64,000 bases of DNA from the NCBI GenBank assembly GCA_039030075.1, contig JBCCEW010000004.1:25826-89825 (forward strand), read 5' to 3'. Shown piece by piece: positions 19,025 to 28,778 of this stretch. Under the pieces are notes generated by a model that made no database searches, was not told the DNA's origin, and saw nothing but the letters and a program-made list of their open reading frames with translations. Positions within the stretch are counted from its first letter, which is position 1; each line of letters begins with the position of its first letter. The position numbers and the translations under genes are program-made. The stretch is from Myxococcota bacterium. GTDB lineage: Bacteria > Myxococcota_A > UBA9160 > SMWR01.

Positions 19025-20179
19025 ATGAAGTCCCAACGCTTACTCACCCGGTGCGCCCGAATCACCGCCTCCAGCTTCTTGCTGCTGGCATTGGCACTGC
19101 CCGCAACGGCTGTGATCGTCGAGTTCACCTCGACCTCGACGGCCGGCATTGGCGACGGCGGCAACCCCGCAACCATCGACGTGTCACCGAACGGGCTGCC
19201 GATCTGCAACATGGGCCTGCAGCCCCACCTGAACGCGTCGATTCCGGCGGCTGGTTTCGCCGATGTCGGCACGGTCGCGCCGCGTTCGCTGATGGCGGTG
19301 CGCCCGTTCAAGTACGGCCCGCCCGGTGCCACAACCGGCAACGCCACGATCATGGCGCGGCCCGGTGTCGCAGGCGTGAACGGCGCGGCGCAGTACGCGT
19401 CGAGCACCTGCAACATCCCGTTCCCGACGGCGTTCCTGCCGGCGATCCTCGCCGGTCGCACCCAGTTCTCGCGCTTCACCGGCCCGGCGGACAACGCCAT
19501 CACCACCACCACGACGGCGATGGGCAAGATGAACTTCATGGTCACCACCATGGGTCTCGAGGATCATCACCTCCGCGCAGGCGGTGGCCCCGGAAACTTC
19601 ACGTTCATGGTCCCCACGGTCCTGGGCACGCCGATGCAGACGATCATGGGCACCGCCGGCGCCAACACCTTCGGCGGTGGCTGGCGTGGGTCGGGCGGTG
19701 GCCGTGTGAACCTGGCCGTGAACGCGGCGCCGGGCGTCGTGATCTCGGGCTACTGGCTGACCGGCCCGCGCAAGGGCGGTCACAATGATCCGGTGAACAC
19801 CCAGCTCGTGACCCAGTCCGGTCTCTTCACCAATCTCGCCACGATGGGCGTGGCGCCGGTGACCCTGCGCGCCTGGAATGCACGGTTCACGACGGGCATG
19901 GTGAAGGCCGAGGACAACGGCGGTCAGTTCATCACGATCCGTACCCAGACCGGAGGCGACAACCGCACGGGCCCGTCGTCGAGCATGGGCACCCTGCTGC
20001 TCGTCACGCCGTTCACGGCGAGCCTGATCCCGTTCCTGGGTGGCGCCGCGAACCTGTACTTCGGTGGCACGGCGACGACCCGCTTCAACTTCCTGCCCGA
20101 GCCCGGCCCCACGGCCCTGCTCGCGGCGGGCGTCCTCGGCGTGATCGCCCTGCACCTGCTGGCGAGACGCCGCAAGTAG
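19025..20179 (+). CDS. PEP-CTERM protein, paralog family member P1 (subtype A)
   Basis: Signal peptide MKSQRLLTRCARITASSFLLLALALPATA; conserved N-terminal block VIVEF.STSTAGIGDGGNPATIDVSPNG.PICN.GLQPHLNAS; C-terminus FLPEPGPTALLAAGVLGVIALHLLARRRK is a PEP motif, TM helix and Arg cluster; own terminator. Confidence 0.85.
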   Translation: MKSQRLLTRCARITASSFLLLALALPATAVIVEFTSTSTAGIGDGGNPATIDVSPNGLPICNMGLQPHLNASIPAAGFADVGTVAPRSLMAVRPFKYGPPGATTGNATIMARPGVAGVNGAAQYASSTCNIPFPTAFLPAILAGRTQFSRFTGPADNAITTTTTAMGKMNFMVTTMGLEDHHLRAGGGPGNFTFMVPTVLGTPMQTIMGTAGANTFGGGWRGSGGGRVNLAVNAAPGVVISGYWLTGPRKGGHNDPVNTQLVTQSGLFTNLATMGVAPVTLRAWNARFTTGMVKAEDNGGQFITIRTQTGGDNRTGPSSSMGTLLLVTPFTASLIPFLGGAANLYFGGTATTRFNFLPEPGPTALLAAGVLGVIALHLLARRRK

Positions 20180-20216
20180 GGAGCGGAAACGCGTCCCTAT
20201 CGCGAGTGACCCAACC

Positions 20217-20255
20217 GAGGCCCGGGTGGCGATGCCGCCCGGGCCTCTTCTTTTC
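20217..20255 (+). terminator. intrinsic terminator-like hairpin after P1
   Basis: GAGGCCCGGG-tggcgatgccg-CCCGGGCCTC followed by TTCTTTTC. Confidence 0.6.
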
Positions 20256-20345
20256 GGGAATGCGCGAGACGCCGAAATGCGCCGTTGCTTCTCGGAGGGT
20301 GGGTCGGGGACAATGCGGGTCCCTCATCGCCCCACTGGAACCGCC

Positions 20346-21491
20346 ATGCAGACGCGTTTTCCAGCCCGCTGGCTTCCGCGCAAGTTCGCTTGCGTCGCTC
20401 TGTGGCTCGCCGTTGCCATCCCCGCGCAGGGGTTGGTGGTGGAGTTCGATGCCACCTACACGGCGGGCCTCGGTGATGGAGGGAACCCCGCCACGGTCGA
20501 CGTGGCGCCGAACGGAAGGCCCGCCTGCAATCAGGGCCTCCAACCGCATATCAACGCGTCGATCCCGGGTCACGGATTCGCCCAGCTCGGGATCACCGCG
20601 CCGCGCTCGTTGATGGCGGTGCGCCCCTTCCACTACGGCGAAGCCGGCCCCACGACCGGCAACGCGACGATCATGGCAAAGCCCGGAGTCGCGGGCGTGA
20701 ACGGTTTCGCGCGGTACACCTCGAGCACCTGCAGCGTCACCTTCCCAACGGCGTTCATTCCCAGGTTCTTCGACCTCACCCTGTTCGGGCGCTTCACGGC
20801 GCCCGCCCACAACGCCATCAGCACGACGACGACACCGATGGGCCGGATGAGTTTCATGGCCACGACCATGGGACTCGAATCCCATCACCTCCGCGCAGGC
20901 GGTGGCGGAGGCGATTTCAGCTTCATGATCCCGACGAGCCTCTCGTGGATGCAAACGATCATGGGAACTGCCGGCGCGAACACCTTCGGGGGCGGCTGGC
21001 GTGCCTCCGGTGGAGGACGCGAGCACTGGTGGTACCCGGTCGCACCGGGTCAGGTCGTCTCGGGCTACTGGCTGAGTGGTCCCTGGAAGTTCGGGCACAA
21101 CGAACCGGTGAATACCCAGATCGTGAGCGCATACGGGGTATTCACCAACCTGGGCACGATGGGCGTGTTCCCGGCGACCGCACGCTTCTGGAATGCCCGC
21201 TTCACGACGGGCATGGTGAAGGCCGAGGACCACGGCGGACAGTTCATCACGATCCGGACGCAGACCGGTGGCGACAACCGGACGGGCCCCCACTCGAGCA
21301 TGGGGACACTCCTCCTCGTCACGCCCTGGACGGCGAACGTCATCCCGTTCCTAGGAGTCACGACCCTCCATTTCGGCGGCACCGCGACCTTGCGCTTCGA
21401 TTTCCTGCCCGAGCCGGGGCCAACTGTGCTCCTCGCACTCGGCGTGGGCGCCGTGCTGGTACTCCATCTCCTCTCGCGGCGCGGTCACTAG
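20346..21491 (+). CDS. PEP-CTERM protein, paralog P2 (subtype B)
   Basis: Signal peptide; LVVEFDATYTAGLGDGGNPATVDVAPNGRPACNQGLQPH...; C-terminal FLPEPGPTVLLALGVGAVLVLHLLSRRGH. Confidence 0.85.
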   Translation: MQTRFPARWLPRKFACVALWLAVAIPAQGLVVEFDATYTAGLGDGGNPATVDVAPNGRPACNQGLQPHINASIPGHGFAQLGITAPRSLMAVRPFHYGEAGPTTGNATIMAKPGVAGVNGFARYTSSTCSVTFPTAFIPRFFDLTLFGRFTAPAHNAISTTTTPMGRMSFMATTMGLESHHLRAGGGGGDFSFMIPTSLSWMQTIMGTAGANTFGGGWRASGGGREHWWYPVAPGQVVSGYWLSGPWKFGHNEPVNTQIVSAYGVFTNLGTMGVFPATARFWNARFTTGMVKAEDHGGQFITIRTQTGGDNRTGPHSSMGTLLLVTPWTANVIPFLGVTTLHFGGTATLRFDFLPEPGPTVLLALGVGAVLVLHLLSRRGH

Positions 21492-21494
21492 ACG

Positions 21495-22646
21495 ATGGGT
21501 GCGCACAGACGATCCGGGTTTGGAGTCGTTGCCGTCATCGCCGCCGCGCTCCTTCTCCTCGATCTCGCTCCTGCGTCAGCACTGGTCGTCGAATTCGACG
21601 CTACCTACACCGCCGGCCTCGGCGACGGCGGGAACCCGGCCACGATCGACGTGAGGCCGAATGGTCGGCCCATCTGCAACAAACGCTTGCAGCCACACCT
21701 CAACGCATCGATCCCAGGCCATGGGTTCGCAGCGCTGGGGGCGACCGCGCCGCGATCGCTCATGGCAGTCCGACCCTTCCACTACGGAGAAGCCGGGCCG
21801 ACCACAGGCAACGCCACGATCATGGCGAAGCCGGGCATCGCCGGATCCAACGGCTTCGCGAGGTACACGACGGGGACGTGCACCCTCACCTTCTCGCCGT
21901 TCATTCCCCTGTGGAGGTACTCCGACTTTTTTGGGAGGTTCACGGCCCCAGCCAACCACGCCATCGCAACGACGACCACGTCGATGGGGCGCATGAGATT
22001 CATGGCCACGACCATGGGCCTGGAGTCGCACCATCTGCGGGCAGGCGGTGGACCGGGAAGCTTCAGCTTCATGGTCCCAGCAACCCTCTCGCCGATGCAG
22101 ACGATCATGGGGACGGCCGGCGTGAACACCTTCGGCGGCGGCTGGCGCGCCTCGGGTGGCGGACGTCGCAGCGACGCGATCAACGCTGCTCCGGGAGTCG
22201 TGGTTTCGGGCTACTGGCTCACCGGCCCCTGGAAGTTCGGGCACAACGAACCCGTGAACACCCAGCTCGTGACCCAGTTCGGCGTCTTCACGAATCTGGC
22301 CACGATGGGCACGGCGCAGGTGACGGTTCGGGTGTGGAACGCCCGGTTCACGACGGGCATGGTCAAGGCCGAGGACAACGGAGGGCAGTTCATCACGGTC
22401 CGCACCCAGACCGGTGGCGACAACCGCACCGGACCCCACTCGAGCATGGGGACGCTTCTGCTCGTCACGCCCTGGACCGCGAATGTGATCCCGTACCTCG
22501 GAGGCGCCGCCAACCTCTACTTCGGAGGCACCGCGACGCTGCGCTTCGAATTCCTCCCCGAGCCCGGCCCGACGGCGCTTTTCGCGCTGGGTGTCGTGGC
22601 GGTGCTGACGCTCCATCGAGCATTGCGAGGACGCGGTCGGTCATGA
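21495..22646 (+). CDS. PEP-CTERM protein, paralog P3
   Basis: Same conserved N- and C-terminal blocks; 3-nt spacing from P2. Confidence 0.85.
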   Translation: MGAHRRSGFGVVAVIAAALLLLDLAPASALVVEFDATYTAGLGDGGNPATIDVRPNGRPICNKRLQPHLNASIPGHGFAALGATAPRSLMAVRPFHYGEAGPTTGNATIMAKPGIAGSNGFARYTTGTCTLTFSPFIPLWRYSDFFGRFTAPANHAIATTTTSMGRMRFMATTMGLESHHLRAGGGPGSFSFMVPATLSPMQTIMGTAGVNTFGGGWRASGGGRRSDAINAAPGVVVSGYWLTGPWKFGHNEPVNTQLVTQFGVFTNLATMGTAQVTVRVWNARFTTGMVKAEDNGGQFITVRTQTGGDNRTGPHSSMGTLLLVTPWTANVIPYLGGAANLYFGGTATLRFEFLPEPGPTALFALGVVAVLTLHRALRGRGRS

Positions 22647-23809
22647 ACGGACTCCTCGTCCGGAGAACCGCGGCCCTCCTCGCTGCCCTCACCACGCTCG
22701 TGTGGCCCCTTTACAGTTGCGCGCTGGTCGTCGAGTTCGACGCCACGTACACGGCGGGACAGGGCGATGGAGGTAATCCCGCAACCTTCGAGAATGCGCC
22801 GAATGGGCGTCCTATCTGCAACAAGGGGCTCCAAGCGCACCTCAATGCATCGATCCCAGGTCACGGCTTCGCCGAGTTGGGTGGCACGGCACCGCGTTCG
22901 CTGATGGCCGTGCGCCCGTTCCGCTACGGGGAGGCCGGCCCCACCACCGGTAACGCCACCGTCATGGCCAAACCCGGTATCGCGGGTGCGAACGGCTTCG
23001 CTCGCTACACGACGCACACCTGCGTCGTGTCGTTTCCGCCACCGTTCCTGCCTGCGATCTTTCCGGACCGAACCCTGTCTGGACGCTTCACAGCTCCGGC
23101 AGACAACGCGATCACGACCACGACTACGACGATGGGCCGGATGAGCTTCATGGTCACCACGATGGGTCTCGAATCCCACCACCTCCGCGCCAGCGGCGGC
23201 CCTGGCGACTTCAGCTTCATGGTGCCCGCATCCCTCGAGCCGAACAACGCCTGGAGTGGCAGCCCGATGCAGGGAATCCAAGGGGAGGCGGGTCCCAACA
23301 GCTTCGGTGGGGGTTGGAGGGCGTCCGGGTTCCATCGCGACAATCTGCAGTACCTCTTCGGGCCGGTGGTCTTCTCCGGCTACTGGGTGAGCGGCCCCTG
23401 GAAGTTCGGGCACAACGAGCCGGTAAATACCCAGGTGGTGAGCCAGTTCGCGGTCATGACGAACCTCGCCACCATGGGCACCTTCCCTGCAACCGTGCGT
23501 GTCTGGAACGCGCGCTTCACCACCGGGATGGTCAAGGCCCTGGACAACGGAGGGCAGTTCATCACGATTCGCACCCAGACCGGTGGCGACAACCGCACCG
23601 GCCCGCACTCGAGCATGGGAACCCTCCTGCTGGTCACACCGTGGACGGCCAGCGTGACGCCTTGGCTGGGAGGCGCGGCCAACCTCTACTTTGGCGGCAC
23701 CGCGACGCTGCGCTTCGAGTTCCTCCCCGAGTCCGGCCCGACCGCGCTATTCGCGCTCGGAGCCATGACGGTGCTAGCCCTCCACTTTTTCTCGCGGCGA
23801 GATCGCTAG
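22643..23809 (+). CDS. PEP-CTERM protein, paralog P4
   Basis: Start MNGLLVRRTAALLAALTTLVWPLYSCA overlaps P3 stop (ATGA); conserved blocks; PEP-CTERM FLPESGPTALFALGAMTVLALHFFSRRDR. Confidence 0.85.
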   Translation: MNGLLVRRTAALLAALTTLVWPLYSCALVVEFDATYTAGQGDGGNPATFENAPNGRPICNKGLQAHLNASIPGHGFAELGGTAPRSLMAVRPFRYGEAGPTTGNATVMAKPGIAGANGFARYTTHTCVVSFPPPFLPAIFPDRTLSGRFTAPADNAITTTTTTMGRMSFMVTTMGLESHHLRASGGPGDFSFMVPASLEPNNAWSGSPMQGIQGEAGPNSFGGGWRASGFHRDNLQYLFGPVVFSGYWVSGPWKFGHNEPVNTQVVSQFAVMTNLATMGTFPATVRVWNARFTTGMVKALDNGGQFITIRTQTGGDNRTGPHSSMGTLLLVTPWTASVTPWLGGAANLYFGGTATLRFEFLPESGPTALFALGAMTVLALHFFSRRDR

Positions 23810-23812
23810 ACG

Positions 23813-24985
23813 ATGGGCGCACGAGAACGAGCGAAGCTCGGTGGCGTCGTGGCTTCCCTACTCCTCCTGGCGGGGTTCGACTCCGCGTCGGCGCTGGTCG
23901 TCGAGTTCGACGCCACCTACTCCGCCGGCCTCGGCGATGGTGGAAACCCTGCCACGATCGACGTGCAGCCGAACGGCCGTCCCGCCTGCAATAGGGGCCT
24001 CCAGCCGCATCTCAATGCGTCGATTCCGGGCCACGGATTCGCCGAGCTGGGTGCGACAGCGCCGCGCTCGCTCATGGCCGTCCGCCCCTTCCACTACGGC
24101 GAAGCCGGGCCCACGACCGGCAACGCGACGATCATGGCGAAGCCCGGCGTCGCGGGCGTGAACGGCTTCGCGCGCTACTCCACCGCGACCTGCATCCTCA
24201 GCCTGCCTCCGAACTGCTGCCCGATCCTGGTCATCGACCACACCTGGATCGGTCGTTTCACCGCACCCGCCGACAACGCCATCACGACCTCGACGACGAC
24301 GATGGGACAGATGAGTTTCATGGTGACGACGATGGGGCTCGAATCGCACCACCTGCGGGTGGGTGGAGGCCCCGGCGACTTCACGTTCATGGTTCCGACC
24401 TCGCTGGCGCCGGATCCCATGGGCCTGAGCCCAATACAGAGCTTGATGGGCGCAGCAGGGCCCCACACCTTCGGCGGCGGTTGGCGCGCCTCCGGCGGCG
24501 GCCGTGAACGGTTCGTGCTCAATGCGGGCGTTGGCGTGGTGCTCTCGGGATCCTTCACAAGCGGCCCGTGGAAGTTCGGTCACAACGAGCTGGTGAACAC
24601 GCAGCTCGTGAGCCAGGTCGGATCTTTCACCAACCTGGCGACGATGGGAGTCGCCCCGGTCACCCTGCGCATCTGGAACGCCCGCTTCACCACGGGCGTG
24701 GTGAAGGCCGAGGACAACGGCGGGCAGTTCATCACCATCCGCACCCAGACGGGGGGCGACAACCGGACCGGCCCCCAATCGAGCATGGGCACGCTGCTCC
24801 TCGTCACACCCTGGACCGCGAGCGTCATCCCCTTCATCGGGGGCGCCGCCAACCTCTACTTCGGCGGCACCGCCAACCTTCGCTTCGAGTTCCTCCCCGA
24901 GCCCGGCCCGACGGCGCTCCTCGCACTCGGAGTCGCCCTGGTGCTGGGGCTCCACAGGGTCGCCCGAAGAGAAAGAGACCGATGA
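23813..24985 (+). CDS. PEP-CTERM protein, paralog P5
   Basis: Conserved blocks; C-terminal FLPEPGPTALLALGVALVLGLHRVARRERDR. Confidence 0.85.
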   Translation: MGARERAKLGGVVASLLLLAGFDSASALVVEFDATYSAGLGDGGNPATIDVQPNGRPACNRGLQPHLNASIPGHGFAELGATAPRSLMAVRPFHYGEAGPTTGNATIMAKPGVAGVNGFARYSTATCILSLPPNCCPILVIDHTWIGRFTAPADNAITTSTTTMGQMSFMVTTMGLESHHLRVGGGPGDFTFMVPTSLAPDPMGLSPIQSLMGAAGPHTFGGGWRASGGGRERFVLNAGVGVVLSGSFTSGPWKFGHNELVNTQLVSQVGSFTNLATMGVAPVTLRIWNARFTTGVVKAEDNGGQFITIRTQTGGDNRTGPQSSMGTLLLVTPWTASVIPFIGGAANLYFGGTANLRFEFLPEPGPTALLALGVALVLGLHRVARRERDR

Positions 24986-26154
24986 GACGAACGCTGCTCC
25001 AGGCTCGAAGCGCGCGTGCCGCGATCGTGATCGGACTCTACCTTCTCGCGTGGTCCCTTCCTGCGTCCGCCCTGGTCGTGGAGTTCGATGCCACCTATTC
25101 CGCCGGCCTCGGCGACGGTGGAAACCCAGCCACGCTCGATGTGGGGGCGAATGGACGGCCGATCTGCAACAAGGGCCTCCAGCCGCACCTCAACGCTTCG
25201 GTCCCGGGTCACGGCTTTGCCGAGTTGGGTGCGACGGCACCGCGGTCGCTGATGGCCGTCCGCCCCTTCCACTACGGCGTAGCAGGGCCCACCACCGGCA
25301 ACGCAACGATCATGGCAAAACCCGGGATCGCCGGCCTGAACGGCTTCGCCCGCTACACGATGGCCACCTGCGAGGTGACGGTGCCGCCCCACGGCCTCCC
25401 CGTTCCCCAGGTGGACCACACCTGGATCCAACGCTTCACCGCTCCCGCGAATCACGCGATCACGACCACCACGACGCCTATGGGCCGGCGCAGCTTCATG
25501 GCGAACCTCGGGATCCTGGAGTCACATCACCTGCGCGCCGAGGGCGGCCCGGGCACCTTCAGCTTCGTGGTCCCGGAGTCCCTGGAGCCCGCCCCCTGGA
25601 CCGGCAGCCCGATGCAGGGAATCCAAGGGGCCGCGGGCCCGAACACCTTCGGTGGCGGCTGGCGCGCCTCCGGCGGAGGCCGCCAGCAGCAGCAGGTCAA
25701 TGCGGCGCCCGGCGTGGTGATCTCCGGCTATTGGTTGAGCGGTCCGTGGAAGTTCGGCCACAACGAACCCGTGAACACCGAGCTCGTGAGTGCGTACGGC
25801 GTGTTCACCAACCTGGCCACGATGGGCACCATGCCCTTGACCCTCCGCGTCTGGAATGCCCGATTCACGACCGGCGTGGTGAAGGCCGAGGACAACGGCG
25901 GGCAGTTCATCACCATCCGCACCCAGACGGGCGGCGACAACCGGACGGGCCCGCATTCGAGCATGGGAACGCTGCTGCTCGTCACCCCGTGGACGGCGAG
26001 CGTCATTCCGTTCCTAGGAGTCACGACCCTCCACTTCGGCGGCACCGCCACGCTGCGCTTCGAGTTCCTGCCCGAGCCCGAGCCGACGGCGCTATTCGCG
26101 CTCGGAGCCATGACGGTGCTGGCGCTCCACTTCGTCTCGCGGCGAGATCGCTAG
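24982..26154 (+). CDS. PEP-CTERM protein, paralog P6
   Basis: Start MRRTLLQARSARAAIVIGLYLLAWSLPASA overlaps P5 stop (ATGA); conserved blocks; PEP-CTERM. Confidence 0.85.
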   Translation: MRRTLLQARSARAAIVIGLYLLAWSLPASALVVEFDATYSAGLGDGGNPATLDVGANGRPICNKGLQPHLNASVPGHGFAELGATAPRSLMAVRPFHYGVAGPTTGNATIMAKPGIAGLNGFARYTMATCEVTVPPHGLPVPQVDHTWIQRFTAPANHAITTTTTPMGRRSFMANLGILESHHLRAEGGPGTFSFVVPESLEPAPWTGSPMQGIQGAAGPNTFGGGWRASGGGRQQQQVNAAPGVVISGYWLSGPWKFGHNEPVNTELVSAYGVFTNLATMGTMPLTLRVWNARFTTGVVKAEDNGGQFITIRTQTGGDNRTGPHSSMGTLLLVTPWTASVIPFLGVTTLHFGGTATLRFEFLPEPEPTALFALGAMTVLALHFVSRRDR

Positions 26155-26157
26155 ACG

Positions 26158-27354
26158 ATGGGCGCACGAGAACGAGCGAAGTTCGGTGGCGTCGTGGCTT
26201 CCCTACTCCTCCTGGCGGGGTTCGACTCCGCGTCGGCTCTGGTCGTCGAATTCGACGCTACCTACACCGCTGGCCTCGGCGACGGCGGGAACCCCGCCAC
26301 GATCGACGTGGGGCTGAACGGTCGGCCCGTCTGCAACAAGGGCCTGCAACCGCATCTCAATGCGTCGGTCCCGGGCCACGGCTTCGCCGAGATCGGGACC
26401 ACCGCACCGCGGTCACTGATGGACGTGCGACCCTTCCGCTACGGGGAGGCGGGTCCCACCACCGGCAACGCAACGATCATGGCGAAACCCGGGATCGCGG
26501 GCATGAACGGCTTCGCCCGGTACACGCCGGGCACCTGCGTCATCCCGTTCCCCACGCCATTTCTACCGGCGATCTTCCCGAAGCAGACCCCGTCCGGACG
26601 ATTCACGGCGCCCGCGGACAACGCCCTGACGACCACGACGACGCCGATGGGCCGAATGAGCTTCATGGCCACGACCATGGGCCTCGAGTCACACCATCTG
26701 CGCGCGGGCGGTGGTGGTGGCAACTTCAGCTTCATGCTCCCGGCGTCGTTGGCGCCCATCAACCCTTGGAGCGGTAGCCCCATGCAGGGCATCCGAGGTA
26801 CCGCTGGCCCGAATTCCTTTGGAGGCGGCTGGCGGGCATCGGGTGCACACCGCCACAACCTGCAGATCTTCGCGGCCCCGGGGGTCGTCTTCTCGGGGTA
26901 TTGGGCGACCGGCCCCTGGAAGTTCGGTCACAACGAGCCGGTGAACACGCAGGTCGTCAGCCATCTCGCGATCCTCACGAACCTCGCAACCATGGGAACG
27001 CTTCAAGCCACCGCGCGCGTGTGGAATGCGCGTTTCACCACCGGCATGGTGAAGGCCGAAGACAACGGCGGGCAGTTCATCACGGTTCGGACCCAGACCG
27101 GTGGTGACAATCGGACCGGGCCGCACTCGAGCATGGGATCGTTGCTGCTCGTCACTCCCTGGACGGCCAGCGTGGTCCCATGGCTCTTCGGCGCCGCCAA
27201 CCTCCACTTCGGCGGCACTGCAACGCTGCGCTTCGAGTTCCTGCCCGAGCCGGGCCCGACAGCCCTCTTCGTCGCCGGCACGGTCGCGATCTCCGTCCTT
27301 CACGCGTTCTTCCGTCTGCGGGCGACGCGCCGATCAGCGCGACGCGGAGAGTAG
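26158..27354 (+). CDS. PEP-CTERM protein, paralog P7
   Basis: Conserved blocks; C-terminal FLPEPGPTALFVAGTVAISVLHAFFRLRATRRSARRGE. Confidence 0.85.
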   Translation: MGARERAKFGGVVASLLLLAGFDSASALVVEFDATYTAGLGDGGNPATIDVGLNGRPVCNKGLQPHLNASVPGHGFAEIGTTAPRSLMDVRPFRYGEAGPTTGNATIMAKPGIAGMNGFARYTPGTCVIPFPTPFLPAIFPKQTPSGRFTAPADNALTTTTTPMGRMSFMATTMGLESHHLRAGGGGGNFSFMLPASLAPINPWSGSPMQGIRGTAGPNSFGGGWRASGAHRHNLQIFAAPGVVFSGYWATGPWKFGHNEPVNTQVVSHLAILTNLATMGTLQATARVWNARFTTGMVKAEDNGGQFITVRTQTGGDNRTGPHSSMGSLLLVTPWTASVVPWLFGAANLHFGGTATLRFEFLPEPGPTALFVAGTVAISVLHAFFRLRATRRSARRGE

Positions 27355-27556
27355 AAGAGCGGCAACCCTTCCTAGCGCCGCCCGCTGACCCCCAGCGAAT
27401 CCCCAGGACGCCCCGACACTGCGCGGGGTTAGTGTGGGCGCGTGTCGCTGGGGGGTGCCCGGCCCGCTCTTCGAAGGCCCGGGAGCCCAGCGCTCCTGGA
27501 CGCGAGGCGCGCCTCACCGGCGCGCTCGTCCCGCTTGCGCCACAGGAGGGAATCGC

Positions 27557-28711
27557 ATGAAGACAGAACGAACCTTCACGCACCGTGCCGTCGTGGCAGC
27601 CTTCACGATCGCCCTGATCACACTCGGCCTGCCGGCCACCGCAGCGATCGTGGAGTTCAATGCCACCTACACCGCCGGGCTCGGAGACGGCGGCAACCCG
27701 GCGACGATCGACAACTCGCCGAACGGCCTACCGATCTGCAACCAGGGTCTACAGCCCCACCTCAACGCGTCCATCACGGGCAACGGCTTCGCCGAGCTCG
27801 GTGCAGTCGGGCCACGCTCACTCATGGCGGTGCGCCCGTTCAAGTACGGGGACGCCGGCATGACCACGGGCAACGTCACCATCATGGCGCGGCCCGGGGA
27901 GCCGGGCGTCAACGGCTTCCCGCAGTACGCCTCGAACACCTGCGTCGTTCCGTTCCCCGCGGCCTTCTTGCCCGCGATCCTGGCCGGTCGGACTCAGCTG
28001 TCTCGCTTCACCGGACCGGCGGACGATGCAATCACGACGACCGTGACCCCAATGGGCAAGATGAACTTCATGGTCACCAACATGGGACTCGAATCCCACC
28101 ACCTCCGCGCGGGCGGGGGTCCCGGAAACTTCAACTTCAAGGTGGACCCCGCCCTCTCGCCGATGCAGACGATCATGGGCACCGCCGGCGCCAACACCTT
28201 CGGTGGCGGCTGGCGCGCTTCGGGCGGAGGGCGCGTGAACCTCGCGGTCAACGCGGCACCCGGTGTCGTGATCTCCGGCTTCTGGCTCACCGGCCCCCGG
28301 AAGCTCGGTCACAACGAAGCGGTGAATACCCAGCTCGTCACCCAGACGGGCCTGTTCACGAACCTGGCGACGATGGGCGTCGCGCCCGTGACGCTGCGCG
28401 TCTGGAACGCACGCTTCACGACGGGCATGGTGAAGGCCGAGGACAACGGCGGCCAGTTCATCACGATCCGCAGCCAGACGGGCAACGACAACCGGACGGG
28501 CCCGTCTTCCAGCATGGGAACGCTCTTGCTGGTGACGCCCTGGACGGCGAGTCTGATCCCGTTCCTCGGCGGTGCGGCCAACCTCTACTTCGGCGGGACC
28601 GGCACCGTGCGCTTCGAGTTCGTGCCCGAGCCAGGGCCGACGACCCTGCTCGCGGCGGGCGTCCTCGGCGTGATCGCGCTGCACCTGGGCGTGCGCCGCC
28701 GCCGCCGCTAG
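27557..28711 (+). CDS. PEP-CTERM protein, paralog P8 (subtype A, most similar to P1)
   Basis: RBS AGGAGGG upstream of MKTERTFTHR...; AIVEFNATYTAGLGDGGNPATIDNSPNGLPICNQGLQPH...; C-terminal FVPEPGPTTLLAAGVLGVIALHLGVRRRRR. Confidence 0.85.
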   Translation: MKTERTFTHRAVVAAFTIALITLGLPATAAIVEFNATYTAGLGDGGNPATIDNSPNGLPICNQGLQPHLNASITGNGFAELGAVGPRSLMAVRPFKYGDAGMTTGNVTIMARPGEPGVNGFPQYASNTCVVPFPAAFLPAILAGRTQLSRFTGPADDAITTTVTPMGKMNFMVTNMGLESHHLRAGGGPGNFNFKVDPALSPMQTIMGTAGANTFGGGWRASGGGRVNLAVNAAPGVVISGFWLTGPRKLGHNEAVNTQLVTQTGLFTNLATMGVAPVTLRVWNARFTTGMVKAEDNGGQFITIRSQTGNDNRTGPSSSMGTLLLVTPWTASLIPFLGGAANLYFGGTGTVRFEFVPEPGPTTLLAAGVLGVIALHLGVRRRRR

Positions 28712-28747
28712 CCGAAGCGTCCTTTCCTCAGTAGATGGACCCACCGC

Positions 28748-28778
28748 GAGGCCCGGGTGGCGGCGCTGCCCGGGCCTC
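28748..28778 (+). terminator. GC-rich hairpin after P8, same sequence family as the P1 terminator
   Basis: GAGGCCCGGG-tggcggcgctg-CCCGGGCCTC; no clear U-tract. Confidence 0.45.

Noticed and set aside
20945-23809. 954-aa plus-strand ORF running through PEP-CTERM genes P2-P4
   Set aside because: Out-of-frame read-through of the real genes for most of its length (Arg/Pro/Gly-rich nonsense translation); only its last about 388 codons (22643..23809) are the genuine P4 gene
19025-28711. Considered whether the paralog array is a diversity-generating retroelement target set or phase-variable cassette system
   Set aside because: No reverse transcriptase, template repeat, invertase or recombinase genes in the window; variation between copies is spread across the protein rather than concentrated in a variable region; all copies are intact with their own starts
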